From the human T2T-CHM13v2.0 reference genome, Homo sapiens, in NCBI RefSeq assembly GCF_009914755.1, contig NC_060939.1: DNA of 64,000 nucleotides. The stretch is one strand, 5' to 3'. Positions 48,015-61,140 of the stretch are shown here, piece after piece. A program made the translations under genes and the position numbers. Positions within the stretch are counted from its first letter, which is position 1; every line of letters starts with the position of its first letter. The notes beneath the pieces were generated by a model, which saw nothing but the letters and a program-made list of their open reading frames with translations, did no database searches and was not told where the DNA came from.

Positions 48015-51000
48015 CCAATATCTTTTAAGAACAGAGATGCAAATATTCTTAACCCAATTTTAGTAAATTGTTATCGACAATATATACAAGATCAAGATCA
48101 AGTGATATTTGTTGCAAGAATGCAAGACTAGTTTAACACGTGTAGAAATCATTATATATGATTGATTATATAAAAAATTAAGAAAACCCGACAATATATG
48201 ATTATCTCCATGGACCCAGAAAAAACATTTGACAAGATCTACCATTTCCCAATAAAAAGCGCAATACATTAGAAATAGAAGGGAACTTTCTCAATAAATC
48301 ACATCTATGAAAACTGTTAAGCCACATCATACTTCATGGTTAAAAGACTGAATGCTTCCCCAGTAAGATCAGAAAAAAAACTAGACTGTCTACTGTCATT
48401 AAATCTATTTAACATTATACTGGCGATTCTAGTCAGTGAAATAAGGCAAGGAAAAGAACTAAAAGACATCCATCTGGGTAAAGAAGATGTAAAACTATTT
48501 GCAGATGATTATCTTTGTAGAAATTCCAACGGAATCTATACACAAAAAATTACAAGAACTAATAAGTGAGTTTACCAAGGTTCCAGGATGCAAGATCAAC
48601 ATACAAAAAATTTATATTTCTACATAGTGCAACAAATTATTGGAAATACATCACTGAAAATTTTTAATAATATAGTTTACAATAGCAATGTAAATGTAAA
48701 AACTTAGGGATAAATCTGCCAAAAGATGTAAAAGACCTGTACACTGCAAGCTACAAAACAATGTTGAAACAAATGAAAGAAGACATAAATAGAGAGATAA
48801 CTAGAGGTAATGGTTCAGAAGACTTAATATTGGCAAAATGTCAATTTTCCTTAAATTGATCTATAGATTCGTTGCACTCCCAGTGAAAATTGTGAAGGCT
48901 TTCTGTATGTTGTGGAAACTGATACATTGATTATAAAATTCATATGGAAAGACCAAGGACCTAGAATAGCCAAAGCAAATTTGAAAAAAAAGAACAAAAT
49001 TGGAGGACAAAGAATACTTTAAGATTTATCATAAAGCTACAGTATGGAAGATAGTGGGGTATCAGTGTCAAGATAGATTAATGGAACAGTATAGACACTT
49101 CAAAAATAAACCCATGCATGAACAATTAATTTTTGGCACAGGCAAATTTCACGGAGGAATAATAGTATGTTCAATAAATGGTGCTGGAAAATCTGGATAT
49201 TCATGTGCAAATGATAGATTTCAGCTTATACTTTACAACATAAACAAAGATGAATATAAAATGGACCATAGACTTAAATGTGCAACCTACAGCTATAACA
49301 TTTCTGGAAGAAAACACAGAGGAAAACCTTTGTGATCTTCAGCTAGGCAAAAATTATTTATATAACAGCAGTGAAAACACAATTTATAAACAATTGATAA
49401 ACTGTACTTTATCAATATTAAAAACTTCTGTAGCTCAAAAGGCATTATTAAAAGAATGAAGACACAGGCTACACACTGGGAGACAATATTTGCCAATCAT
49501 GTACCTTGTAAAAAAGTTTTATTCTGTATATACAAAGAACAGTTAAAATTAAATAATAAAAAAGAACAATCCAATTAAAAATGGACAAAAGATTTGAACA
49601 GATATGTCACTAGAGAAGATATACAGATAGCAAATATGCACATAAAATATGCTCAACATCAGAATTAATTAGGGAAATTCATATTAAAACTGTAATATGA
49701 TACTACTACTTACTTTTAGAATGGTTAGAAATTAAAAGACTGACCATCACAAGAATTGGCAAAGAAGAACACCAACACTCACACTTTGCTGGTGGGAATG
49801 GAGAAATGGTGCAACCACTTTGGAAAACAGTCTGGCAGTTTCTTAAATATTAAACACACACCTATCATATTGTTCACACACTCCTCTTCTGGGTATTCAT
49901 TTACACAATAGAAATGAAAGCATATATCCTTACAAAGACTCATTTACAAATTTTCATTGCTTCATTATTTATTTGTAATAGCCGAAAGCTGGAAACAATC
50001 CTTACATGTATCAAGTGGTGAATAAACTGTAATGTTTTCATACAATAGAATATTGTTCAACAATACAAAGAGAAAATTATTGATATATGCTGCAACATGA
50101 ATAAATCTCAAAATAATTATGCTGAATGAAAGATGCCAGATTAAAAAGTATATACTGTATTATACCATTGTATTAAATTCCAGAAAATGTAAAATAAACT
50201 ATGGTGAGAAAAGGAAGATGAATGGCTGTCTGGAGATGGGGGTTGGAGGTACATATGGAGTAGGAGGGAGGGATTATAAAGAAGAATGAGGAAAATTTGA
50301 GGAGGATATTGATATTCATTATCTAGATTGTGGTGATGTTTCAAAGGTACATACATGAAATCTCATCAAGTTATACATTTTAAATGTGTATAACTTATTG
50401 CATGCCAATAATAAGTCAATACATCAGTCAAAAAACTAAAAAAGTTCACTTTATATTAAGGAATATGCATAGTAAAATCTTTAAAGAAGGATACCAATAA
50501 CTAGTTATTTTGAATGGTGGGGGGTAAATGATTTATTTTTTGTATAACATTAGAAATTACTTTTATAATTATTAAAATTAAATGAAAATAATTTCAGTAC
50601 TATCTAGTCGAAAATATATTCTTTTTGATTGTGTGGCTACAGGCAAATGCATTATAACTAACAACACCATCATCAATAATTAGATCATGCATTCATTCAT
50701 TCAAAAAGGAATTGAGGGGAGTTTTGACAGATGAACTAGATTTAACTCATCAGTGTTGGGGATGGAAAGGAAGTGAATAAAATAGAGAAGGGTTTTTTGA
50801 GCATAGAATGAGAGCATTAGCAAATGCACAAAGCAAGAAATGGACTGGTTTCGGTGGGACAAATAATTGGTTGGATATTAATATAAGGTAACATTTGAGA
50901 CGAGTGGTAATGGGAGAGAAAGGCATAAACCAATTCAAGGTCTTGCCTCTATATCTTGTCCACTTTTGTTCTCCCTTGTTTCCTTTTTTTCTCTCTGCTC

Positions 51001-53228
51001 CTCTTCCTCCCTTCCTCTCTTCTTCCCTTTCTCTTCTCTCCCTTTGTCATCTTAGGTTTTTTGCATGCTAGGGAAATTCCTTGTGTTTGTTTACAACCTG
51101 AATAATTCAATTTTCTGCTACATCCTATCTGCTGTTTACTGTCTCCCACAAAGTATCTAACTATATATTTCTCTCTCTCTCTATATTCAGTTCTTTATAT
51201 TCTTAGATTTATGGTCTCATGACAGCTTTGGTCTAGTGTTATAGACCCAAATGGCCCCTAGAATATTCTCGAGAATGCAAATCAAGTACTTCCAAATTAA
51301 TTTCCTTTTTCTAAATTACATTTACTCTCTTTCACAAGAAGTTACCCCTTGAATATTCAGGAAATTGATTACCTCCTTTTTTTGAACTAAAGAATAGTTT
51401 TCTTTGCTATTTCAGCATTGCAGAAGCAGAGCTGTTCTCTCAGTATTAGTTTTATTTAATAAGTCACATTGGATTATGCTGGAGTTTGATATAGATCTCT
51501 CCTCAAATATTTTATAGGAGGATCTCTAAGATCAGAATAAAAGAAGCAAAAGGAAACCCTAGTAGTACAATTTTAGCAGTTTACATGTGGCGTTTGCAGT
51601 TTACAGTTTCCTTGGAGAAGTAGTGTAGTGGAACAGGTCTATACCCATAGCAAGAGATGTTGTTATTTTATTTCAGTATCACTAATATGATGCTCCCCAT
51701 TATGGCTAATTCTCATGTGTGTGTGTGATTAAGAGCAAACTTTGAGAAGTTCTCATATGCAGGTTTACTAAGGAGGAAGGTAATCAAACTCATGCTTATC
51801 CAAAAGATTCTTACGTGGTTTTGACCTTGAGTTCTTGTTTCTCTGGGATAGGGGATTTCTCCAGTGTTTACTGGTGCCTCTGTCCGATCTCTGGCTATCA
51901 GAGAGTTCTAAATATTTTACTTTGGCATATTCCATTCCTGTTTCTCAGAACTGCTAAAATTTTTGCAGTTTGAATATTTTTATGAGACTTTCTAAAGGGT
52001 AAATAACACAATTTTTGACTCTATGACATATCAGTAAGTTTTTTAATTCCATAGAATCTTTAAATGCCTTATGCAAATGAAAAAGTAAAAGGTACTCAAT
52101 CCAATACCCTCACTTTATAAACAGGGATAATGAGTCCAAAATAGATGATTTCCTATAATTTACACAAGTAAATAGTGGGTAGAAAAGCTCAGAGAAGACT
52201 CCAGGTCTCCTGATGTCCTATGCATATGTATTTTCACCACACCATGCTGTAGCATGATGAGTTTTTTCCTCAAATTTAAAAACAGAAATGACTAAATGAC
52301 TAGAATAAATAAATAAAACATGAGCAGTGGACAGTTTTACTGGAGCCCAAGGGCTCTAAAGAGGAAAGAGCCAGCCTCAGACCTCTGTTTCCTTGAACTA
52401 ATTTGTTTTTGAAAATGGTCCACCCTAATCATAGTAATCCTCATCACACATAATAAAATCACATTTTATGTGGTGTTTCAGGCCAAATGAATCCCCCAAA
52501 AATGCTTTTCAGAGCTAATACCAAAGTCCCTCAATCAGATGATGCCGTTACGAAATTAAATAATTAAACTACAGAACTAAAATATAAAAGGGTAAGAGGG
52601 AACGTGGAAAATGATCATTCTGAAACAAGATCAAGAGTCAATGAGGCAGAGAAACATGAGTCAGATCCAGATGGCAGCCACCCACTAATCCTCAGCACAC
52701 TCGTGCCTGCCTGTCATCTCTTGGTAGCCGTGGGTGTTACAGCTCCAGTTTGCCACAGCCACAAGCTGGTGTACACATTCCTTAAGACAGAAAGAGATAA
52801 AGTGTTATAATGTCTTATTGATAGAGATGTGATTTCCAAGAAATGCAAAGAAAATTGCTTTTAAAAAATTTAATTTGCTGATTTTTCTCTCCATTGTTGG
52901 GAGAACCCAAATATTGACTTCTTAAATTTTGTTTGTAGTGGAGACAAATGTTCATTCCAAGTAGCATCCTAGTAGTAGTCTTTTTCTCATTAGGGTTGCA
53001 GTGAAGGCTGAAATGAGTTCATTGAGTAATTAGTCATAAGGTCCATAGTAATTCTGTCTGTTAAAGCAGAAGTATAAGAGTGTATATTGGAGGGCAATTG
53101 TTAAAAGGCTTTTGATTTTCCATGGACTTTTATACACGATCTATTCCTTATTTCTTTTTTCTTTCTTTTTTTTTTTTTTTGTCTCAAGAGGGCAAACAGC
53201 TTAAAAATGGAGTCTTAAAATCATTTCC

Positions 53229-54642
53229 TGAATTTGAATGTTGGCCTGCCTGGCTAGGTTGGGGAAGTTCTCCTGGATAACATCCTGCAGAGTGTTTTCC
53301 AACTTGGTTCCATTCTCCCCGTCACTTTCAGGTACACAAATCAAACGTAGATTTGGTCTTTTCACATAGTCCCATATTTCTTGGAGGCTTTGTTCATTTC
53401 TTTTACTCCTTTTTCTCTAACCTTGAAAATGGCCATACTGCCCAAGGTAATTTATAGATTCAATGCCATCCTCATCAAGCTACCAATGACTTTCTTCACA
53501 GAATTGGAAAAAACTACTTTAAAGTTCATATGGAACCAAAAAAGAGCCCGCATTGCCAAGACAATCCTAAGCCAAAAGAACAGAACTGGAGGCATCAAGC
53601 TACCTGACTTGAAACTATACTACAAGGCTACAGCCAAAATTGACAAATGGGATCTAATTAAAGAGCTTCTGCACAGCAAAAGAAACTACCATCAGAGTGA
53701 ACAGGCAACCTACAGAATGGGAGAAAATGTTTGCAGTCTACTCATCTGAAAGGGCTAATATCCACCATCACAAAGAACTCAAACAAATTTACAAGAAAAA
53801 AACAACCCCATCAAAAAGTGGGCGAAGGATATGAACAGACACTTCTCAAAAGAAGACATTTATGCAGCCAACAGACACATGAAAAAATGCTCATCATCAC
53901 TGGCCATCAGAGAAATACAAATCAAAACCACAATGAGATACCATCTCACACCAGTTAGAATGGCGATCATTAAAAAGTCAGGGAACAACAGGTGCTGGAG
54001 AGGATGTGGCAAAATAAGAACACTCTTACACTGTTGGTGGCACTGTAAACTAGTTCAACCATTGTGGAAGATAGTGTGGTGATTCCTCAAGGATCTAGAA
54101 CTAGAAATACCATTTGACCCAGCCATCCCATTACTGGATATATACCCAAAGGATTATAAATCATGCTGCTATAAAGACACATGCACACGTATGTTTATTG
54201 CGGCACTATTCACAATAGCAAAGACTTGGAACCAACCCAAATGTCCATCAATGATAGACTGGATTAAGAAAACGTGGGACATATATACCACGGAATACTA
54301 TGCAGCCATAAAAAAGGATGACTTCATGTCCTTTGTAAGGACATGGATGAAGCTGGAAACCATCATTCTCAGCAAACTATCTCAAGGACAAAAAACCAAA
54401 CACTGCATGTTCCCGCTCATAGGTGGGAATTGAACAATGAGAACACTTGGACACACGAAGGGGAACATCACACACTGGGGCCTGTCGTGGGGTGGGGGGC
54501 TGGGGGAGGGATAGCATTAGGAGATATACCTAATGTAAATGACGAGTTAATGGGTGCAGCACACCAACATGGCACATGTATACATATGTAACTAACCTGC
54601 ACGTTGTGCACATGTACCCTGGAACTTAGAGTATAATTTAAA
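53229..54642 (+). mobile_element. 5'-inverted (twin-primed) L1PA5-like insertion with internal deletion
   Basis: 53229-53424 is an antisense ORF1 segment. 53425-54642 is the sense ORF2 end plus 3'UTR. TSD aaaatc(a/g)tttcc at 53217-53228 and 54643-54654, at a TT/AAAA site. Confidence 0.93.
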
Positions 54643-54864
54643 AAAATCGTTTCCAGTTTCTTAAAAAGGGGATTCTAAAATAAAAATTTTTTTTCTCTCT
54701 CAAGTTCAGCTTTTGTTTTTGAAAATTACCTTTTAAGTAGTTCCTATAGGGTGGGATTTCATCACTAGATCTGGTTTATGGGTGTCCAAAACTTGAACAA
54801 TTGAATTCATTCAAATCTTTGGGAGAAGGTGTATTTGCTGTCCCCCAAAATGGGTTTGAAAATA

Positions 54865-55120
54865 TCACGCGTTCTGTTCTTACTTTTAAGTGAGAGCTGA
54901 ATGATGAGAACACATGGACACATTGCGGGGAACAACAGGCGCTGGGACTTGCAGGGGGCGGGGCATGGGGAGGGAGGGTATCAGGATAAATAGCTAATGT
55001 ATGCTGGACTTAATACCTAGGTGATGGGTTGATCTGTGCAGCACAGGTTTACCTGTGTAACAAACCTGCATATCTTGCACATGTATCCCGGAACTTAAAA
55101 TAAAAGTTGAAGAAATCAAA
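54865..55120 (+). mobile_element. Short L1PA10-12/L1PREC2-like 3'UTR
   Basis: 'ggataaatagctaatg...ttaatacctaggtgatgggttgat...aacttaaaataaaagttg'. Confidence 0.8.
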
Positions 55121-56589
55121 AAGAGAAAATGTTATGCATTCCAACACAAGTCTCTGGACCTCACGTCCTGATCAGTAAACGTGAACAATGGAGAAATCAA
55201 TGTCAGTGTAAAGATTGTTTGTTCTTTTGTGCTATGGATGCTCCAGGCCTTTCAAGCCACCATTTCAAGTGTAGTGTTAAACGTGAGGGCAAACCTGCTG
55301 CAGGCCTGTCAAAATGCTTGCTATGGGAGTGCTGTTTTATTCTCGAGAGCCAGGCTGACACGGAGCCCTCTGGCTGCCACAAAGGCCTCTTGTTGGTAAA
55401 TCTCACAGAGGGTATCATTACTTTCAAGAATTTGATCCATCGATATCAATAAAAATGGAGCATCAGTTAGCAACCCCAAATGTGTCAGCTCTTTTTATGT
55501 ACATTCTCTTATTTAATTTTCACATCACTGTGAAGTTGGCTTTTATGCTGCTGTTTTACAAATGAGGAAACAGAGCCTGAGAGAAATTTGGTAACATGCA
55601 CAAGGTCATACCAGAAATGAAGTTCAAGACAAAATGTGACTCTAAATTCCACACTCTCTTCATTATACAACACACACTGGTTTTTCAAGTCATCCAGCCC
55701 CAGGCTATGCTTATTTCCATTAATAATTTGAGGACATTAGTCTATTATTTATACTAACGTTATAGCAAACAAAGTTAAAGCATTTGTAACTGCTTCTTCG
55801 TTTTTGTGTTTAAGCAAAAACATCCAAACTATGCTGCAAACGCACACATTGGAATGAAAACCAACACACACCCCCATCCACAAATCAGTTAACAAGATTG
55901 TACATAGTATCAGCAATTAAAAAAGGATATGGGAGAAGGAAAGACATTGCTTTACATTGTTACAGGCTGATTTCTTTACGAGGTTTTTTAAAGCGGAAGA
56001 TCCCTGCTTCCTTTTTCAAATGAATTCTAATGAAATTCCAAAATACAACACAGATAAGAGCCGCCTTGTTGGAAGCTATAGTTAAAACTTCAGAGTTCTG
56101 ACTTGAAACTTCTCTGCCTCATCACCTTCTCTGGGATTCCAGGACTTGAAAGAAGATGTATTGAAAGCCCCTCAAACTATTGAAAATAACATTAGGTCAG
56201 AAGCCATGGATTTGGGTTCAAGAGTGGGCTCCCTCTCTTTCATTGACCCTAAGCAACTTTCTTAATGCTGCTGAGCCTCAATTTTTACACCTTAAAAACA
56301 GGTATAATAGTGCTTGTCCTATGGAGCTGTGGTGAGATTGAAGTGGTATGATGCATATCAGGGCCCAGAACAATGGATTGAATTTAACAAGTTTTAATAA
56401 TGAATACTATCCTTCATCCCTCAAGAGGCCTTCTCTAAACTGTCCAGATGATATACAGGTCACATGTGACTATGACTTTCACTGCTCAACCAATGCACTA
56501 TCCCAAGGTGTAGCAAATCCTGTCCTTTGGTTGGCAAATATAGCTATCTGTATTGACATTTGAAGTCAACATCTTCCCTAAGGCTTGCT

Positions 56590-59282
56590 CAAAACGCTGC
56601 TTCCTTTTACGTTGCTTTATTTCCCTGCAACCTCAGGCATTCAGGGTTGGAAATTAAGCAAAGCATCATCCACATGCATTTCTTCAAGGCATTTCTAATA
56701 GATACAGTACAGAAAGGCCCAGATTAGGAAAAGATACAAGTACTTCTAAGATAATTTAAAGTTTTTTCGTCTCTCAAATGATACCAATGCTTAATAGTAG
56801 CTACTGAATTAGCTTGGGCACATGGCATGAATGTGTACACAGTTATCATATTGTTTCTGTGAATCTTCTGTGAAACTGAGGAAGTTACATTTCCTGATTC
56901 AGAGGTTGTAATTAAAATACTGTATGGTTGACAAAAAGGGGAAATTTTAGTAACTGATCTGTTGGCCCCCCACACTATGGAGCTGATCCTGTCAGTTCTT
57001 GTTAATGATCATGCTTTCTTTAGTACTGAGTAATGTGTTAGGAATAAAAAGTTTCCCCCAGCTCTTAGATGTGAAAAAATGAGTTTGAAATCATCTTCTT
57101 TATTTCTGTAAAGATTTTAATGGAGCTATAGAAAACATAAAAAAAAAGACTGTTGATAATCTTGTCCAAATTCATATTAGACTTTGCTCATCTATCTGCA
57201 GACTTGGCAGACGTAACTAATATAGATTTTAACAAATTCTATTCAGGCTATAAACTTTCTGCTAAAGGAAATAAAAAGATATTACCTGCTAAATGTCCTG
57301 CACATCTTGAACACAACAGTGCTGAAAAGGGGTGTGATTTGCTTACTTGTGGATCGAGGCTTTCATAATAAAAGTTCCTGGTCACTTTGAAGTTTCCTCA
57401 GAACATGCAGAAGCAATTAACAACATGTTTGACTTTATAAAAATGGGAAGTGATAGCTTCTTAGACATGTGCCTACAAGATGGTACATCTTGATATACTG
57501 TTGCTGGCCATAGAAAAGATTTTTAATCTTTGGCCTGCAGTAAACTATTTTCAAAGTGTGAGACAAGAAGAAATCTCTTGTAATTTGGAAATATGTTGAG
57601 GATGAGAATGGGGGAAAAAGAGTACTGTAAAACAGATTTATATGCTGTTTCTCTGAAGCTGTTTGATCTTTGAAGAGACATTAAGTATCCTAGAAAAGGA
57701 TGAATTAACTGTACATGAATAGTTTTAAGTTGTGACAATTATATGGAAAAAAGCCTCAATTTTTGGAAATAAGACAGCTTCAGAATTGAGAAAATGTCAA
57801 TGAAAAGGGCAACCAAATTAAACAGAACTTTCTCAATTTCCTTACTAAATTTGTAATTTATTTAGAGTGCAATGTTAATTTCACAAGTTTAGATGACTTC
57901 TGTGCTTTAAAACCATTTTCCCTGGGGTAGGTTAAACTTCGTGTTTTAAAACCATGTCCATTTTACATCTGGAGAACTTATGCACACATTTAAAGATGCA
58001 AAAGACCTGATGGACAGGCCCAAGCTGGTCTGTGGTAACAAGCCTGTAGACACAAAGTGGGTGGAGATTTGGGGATGAAAACTAATCCTACATATCTAAA
58101 AGCCTGCTGTTGCCAGTAAATAAAATATTAAGTATTCCATTGTTATAGTTTGATATTTGACCCCTCGAAATCTCATGTTGAAATCGGATCCCCAGTGTTG
58201 GAGGTGGGGCCTGGTAGGAGGCATTTAGATTATGGGGGTGGATCCCTCTTGAACATCTTGGTGCTCTGCTCATGGTAACGAGTTGGTTCTCATTCCATTA
58301 GTTCCCATGAGAGCTGGTTGTTAAAAAGAGCCTGGCACTTCCCTCCTCTCTCTCTCTTTCTCTTGCTGCTTCTCTCAGCATGGTGATCTCTGCACATTCT
58401 GGCTCCCCTTCACCTCTGCCATGAGAGGAAGCTTCTGGAAGCCCTCACCAGAAGCAGATGCCGGTGCTGTGCTTCTGCAGAACCATGAGCAAAATCAACC
58501 TCTTTTCTGTGTAAATTACCCAGTCTCACGTCTTCCTTTATAGCAACACACAAATAGGCTAAGATGTAGAAGCGCAAATGCTTTTGTAGAGAGCATGTAT
58601 ATCACCTTGACATTACCATGCTGGACTGACACCAGGTACCCATGTAACATAGGCTCAATGAGAGCAGAGCTGCAAGACAAAGTAATGTTACATTTGCTAT
58701 ATAGTTTTGCCTACATAAAAGAAGGATGTCCTAAAGGGTGCAGGCATTTGAAAGAAGTATCATTAGAGAAGTAAACAGAAAGATTATAATTTTCCTATGT
58801 CTCAAAGGACTAAAAGAAACTTGTTTTTCATTGCATAGTGGTAATAAGACATTTTTAATTAGTTCTATTTATGTTCTCTTTTTTAAAAGTATTATGCACC
58901 TTAAAAATACATATTAATATAGCATGATGAATATATAGCATCTCTTTAATATCCAAGAGAATTTAAAAAGATTTAAATAAATTGCTCTGTTAAAGAATAG
59001 AAAAAATTGATACAATTATCATTACATTTTTCTCACATATATTTGTTTATACCTACTATTAATTACTACTAACTACCACTTTTAGTCTTATTTTGTTGTT
59101 TAAATATTAGCATTTATATAATAGAAAGTAAATAGTAAGTAATAATATATGATTTCAAGTAAACATCTATTCTTCATATTTTATGTTAAAGTAATAAAAT
59201 GTCTATAATTTTTTAAAAATTATTATTTTTGTCTGTTTGGTACAGCCGTGTCTTGGATTGACTTTCTAAAATGTTGGCAATT
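56590..59282 (+). mobile_element. Fossil autonomous hAT DNA transposon (Blackjack-like) split by an MSTB LTR
   Basis: Degenerate transposase motifs in colinear order: FPDSEV...KGEILVTDLLAP, CPAH (CxxH, ORF 57153), LRHVPTRW, and C-terminal KILSIP..NAFVE..WTDTR. Confidence 0.7.
58141..58566 (+). mobile_element. MaLR solo LTR (MSTB/MSTB1-like)
   Basis: MST signature; homologous to 3692-4167. Confidence 0.87.
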
Positions 59283-59793
59283 CTCCCTAGGTAAATGCAT
59301 CATAACCAGCTCCAGGCCCACCTGGGTTCCCTCCTCCTCTTCCTATAGAATGCATAAAAGCAGATATAACTGACTCAGGCTGTGTAAAGACAAACATAAC
59401 TTACAATACCCTTACCTCCAACCGAACATCTGAGGGGAAGCTAATAAGGTATCAAAGAACATGGACACAGACTAACAGATAATTTAACGACATTTATGTA
59501 GAATGAATAAAACACATAGAAAGGACTGTCCTAGTTAACATAGAAGGTAACAATGTAGGGGCAAAACCCCTCTAAAAGATATAAGCAAGACGGCGTACAA
59601 AAGACATGAATAATTTAAGCTGGGGAAAACATTACCCAAGAAACAAATGCAAATTTCCTACAACTGCTTTGCAGTGTAGAAGAATTTCAGGATATCATGA
59701 ATTCAGTGACTCAAGATCCAAAGGGTAGGATGCCAAAACAACAGAATGAGCTGGTAAGAAAGATGCCTGAAGAAGACAGAAACTGAGAACACA

Positions 59794-60108
<315 letters not shown>

Positions 60109-60542
60109 AGAGAGAGAGAAATTAAGAGCACAAATTCTCCTTTTAAATGAAATTAACAGAATAGAAGCAGAATAGATACAGCAAAAGAGTTAATTTGTGA
60201 CAGAGAGAGCAAAGGCTTGTAATGATAGCCCTGAATGTAGAAGAAAAAGTCAAAGAGATTAATGCAACTAGAATGACAATAATTTATAAGAAGCCAGGGA
60301 TGATGCTGTTATCAAGAACAACTGGTCTTTCTGAATAGAAAGAGAGAGAATGCCAACCGTTGTGAATGACAGAAAACTCTACCAGAGTGGCCTTAGAAAT
60401 CCTGGGTCAGGCATCCTTCACTTGCCTGTGCTGTAAATTTTTCTGTTATTTTTAAAATTTATATATGTTGGGAAATCTTCCTCCATTATTACCTAATATT
60501 GAGGAAGTAATTTATTTTATTTATAATAACATATGAACACAT

Positions 60543-60840
60543 GGGCTGCGTGCAGTAATCCTAGAGCTTTAGGAGGCCAAGGCAGGAAGATTGAGGCCAG
60601 GAGTATGAGACCAAGCCTGGGCAACATAGACCCTGTCTCTTAAAAAAAAAAAAACAAAAAAAACCAAAAAACACAAAAAACACAAAAATTAGCTAGGTGT
60701 AATGGCATGTGCCTGTAGTACCAGCTACTTAGGAGGCTGAGGTTGGAGGGTCGCTTGAGCCCAAGAGTTCCAGGCTCCAGGGAGTTGATTGTGCCACTGT
60801 ACTCTGTCCTGGGTGGCAGATGGAGATCCTGTCTCTCCCA
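60543..60840 (+). mobile_element. Degenerate Alu (AluJ-like) with expanded A-rich linker
   Basis: Both Alu arms recognisable; linker expanded at 60642-60688. Confidence 0.85.
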
Positions 60841-60857
60841 CTCCTGCACGCCCCCAA

Positions 60858-61140
60858 TACACACACACCCACACACATGCACGCATGCACGTGCACACAC
60901 ACACATGCACACACACACATATATAAAAATACATGTACATTTATAATTTATAAATTTATAATAAAATGCTTTTATAATTTTATATTAAAAATATAGATCA
61001 TTTTAATACTGTATATATAATTTTTACATATAATGGAGCATTTTATTATATATTTATATAAATATATTACAGATATTAATGTTTTCAATAATATATAGTG
61101 AAATATAAAGTTTATAAACTTATATAGTTTAAAACATGAA
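60858..61140. repeat. Imperfect (CA)n microsatellite followed by AT-rich low-complexity tract
   Basis: Directly visible. Confidence 0.85.

Noticed and set aside
53625-53645. Internal L1 deletion as a GT-AG splice
   Set aside because: Removing gtaacc...aaaag would give ctaca|ccaaaa, but the sequence is ctacagccaaaa. It fits an AG microhomology deletion instead.
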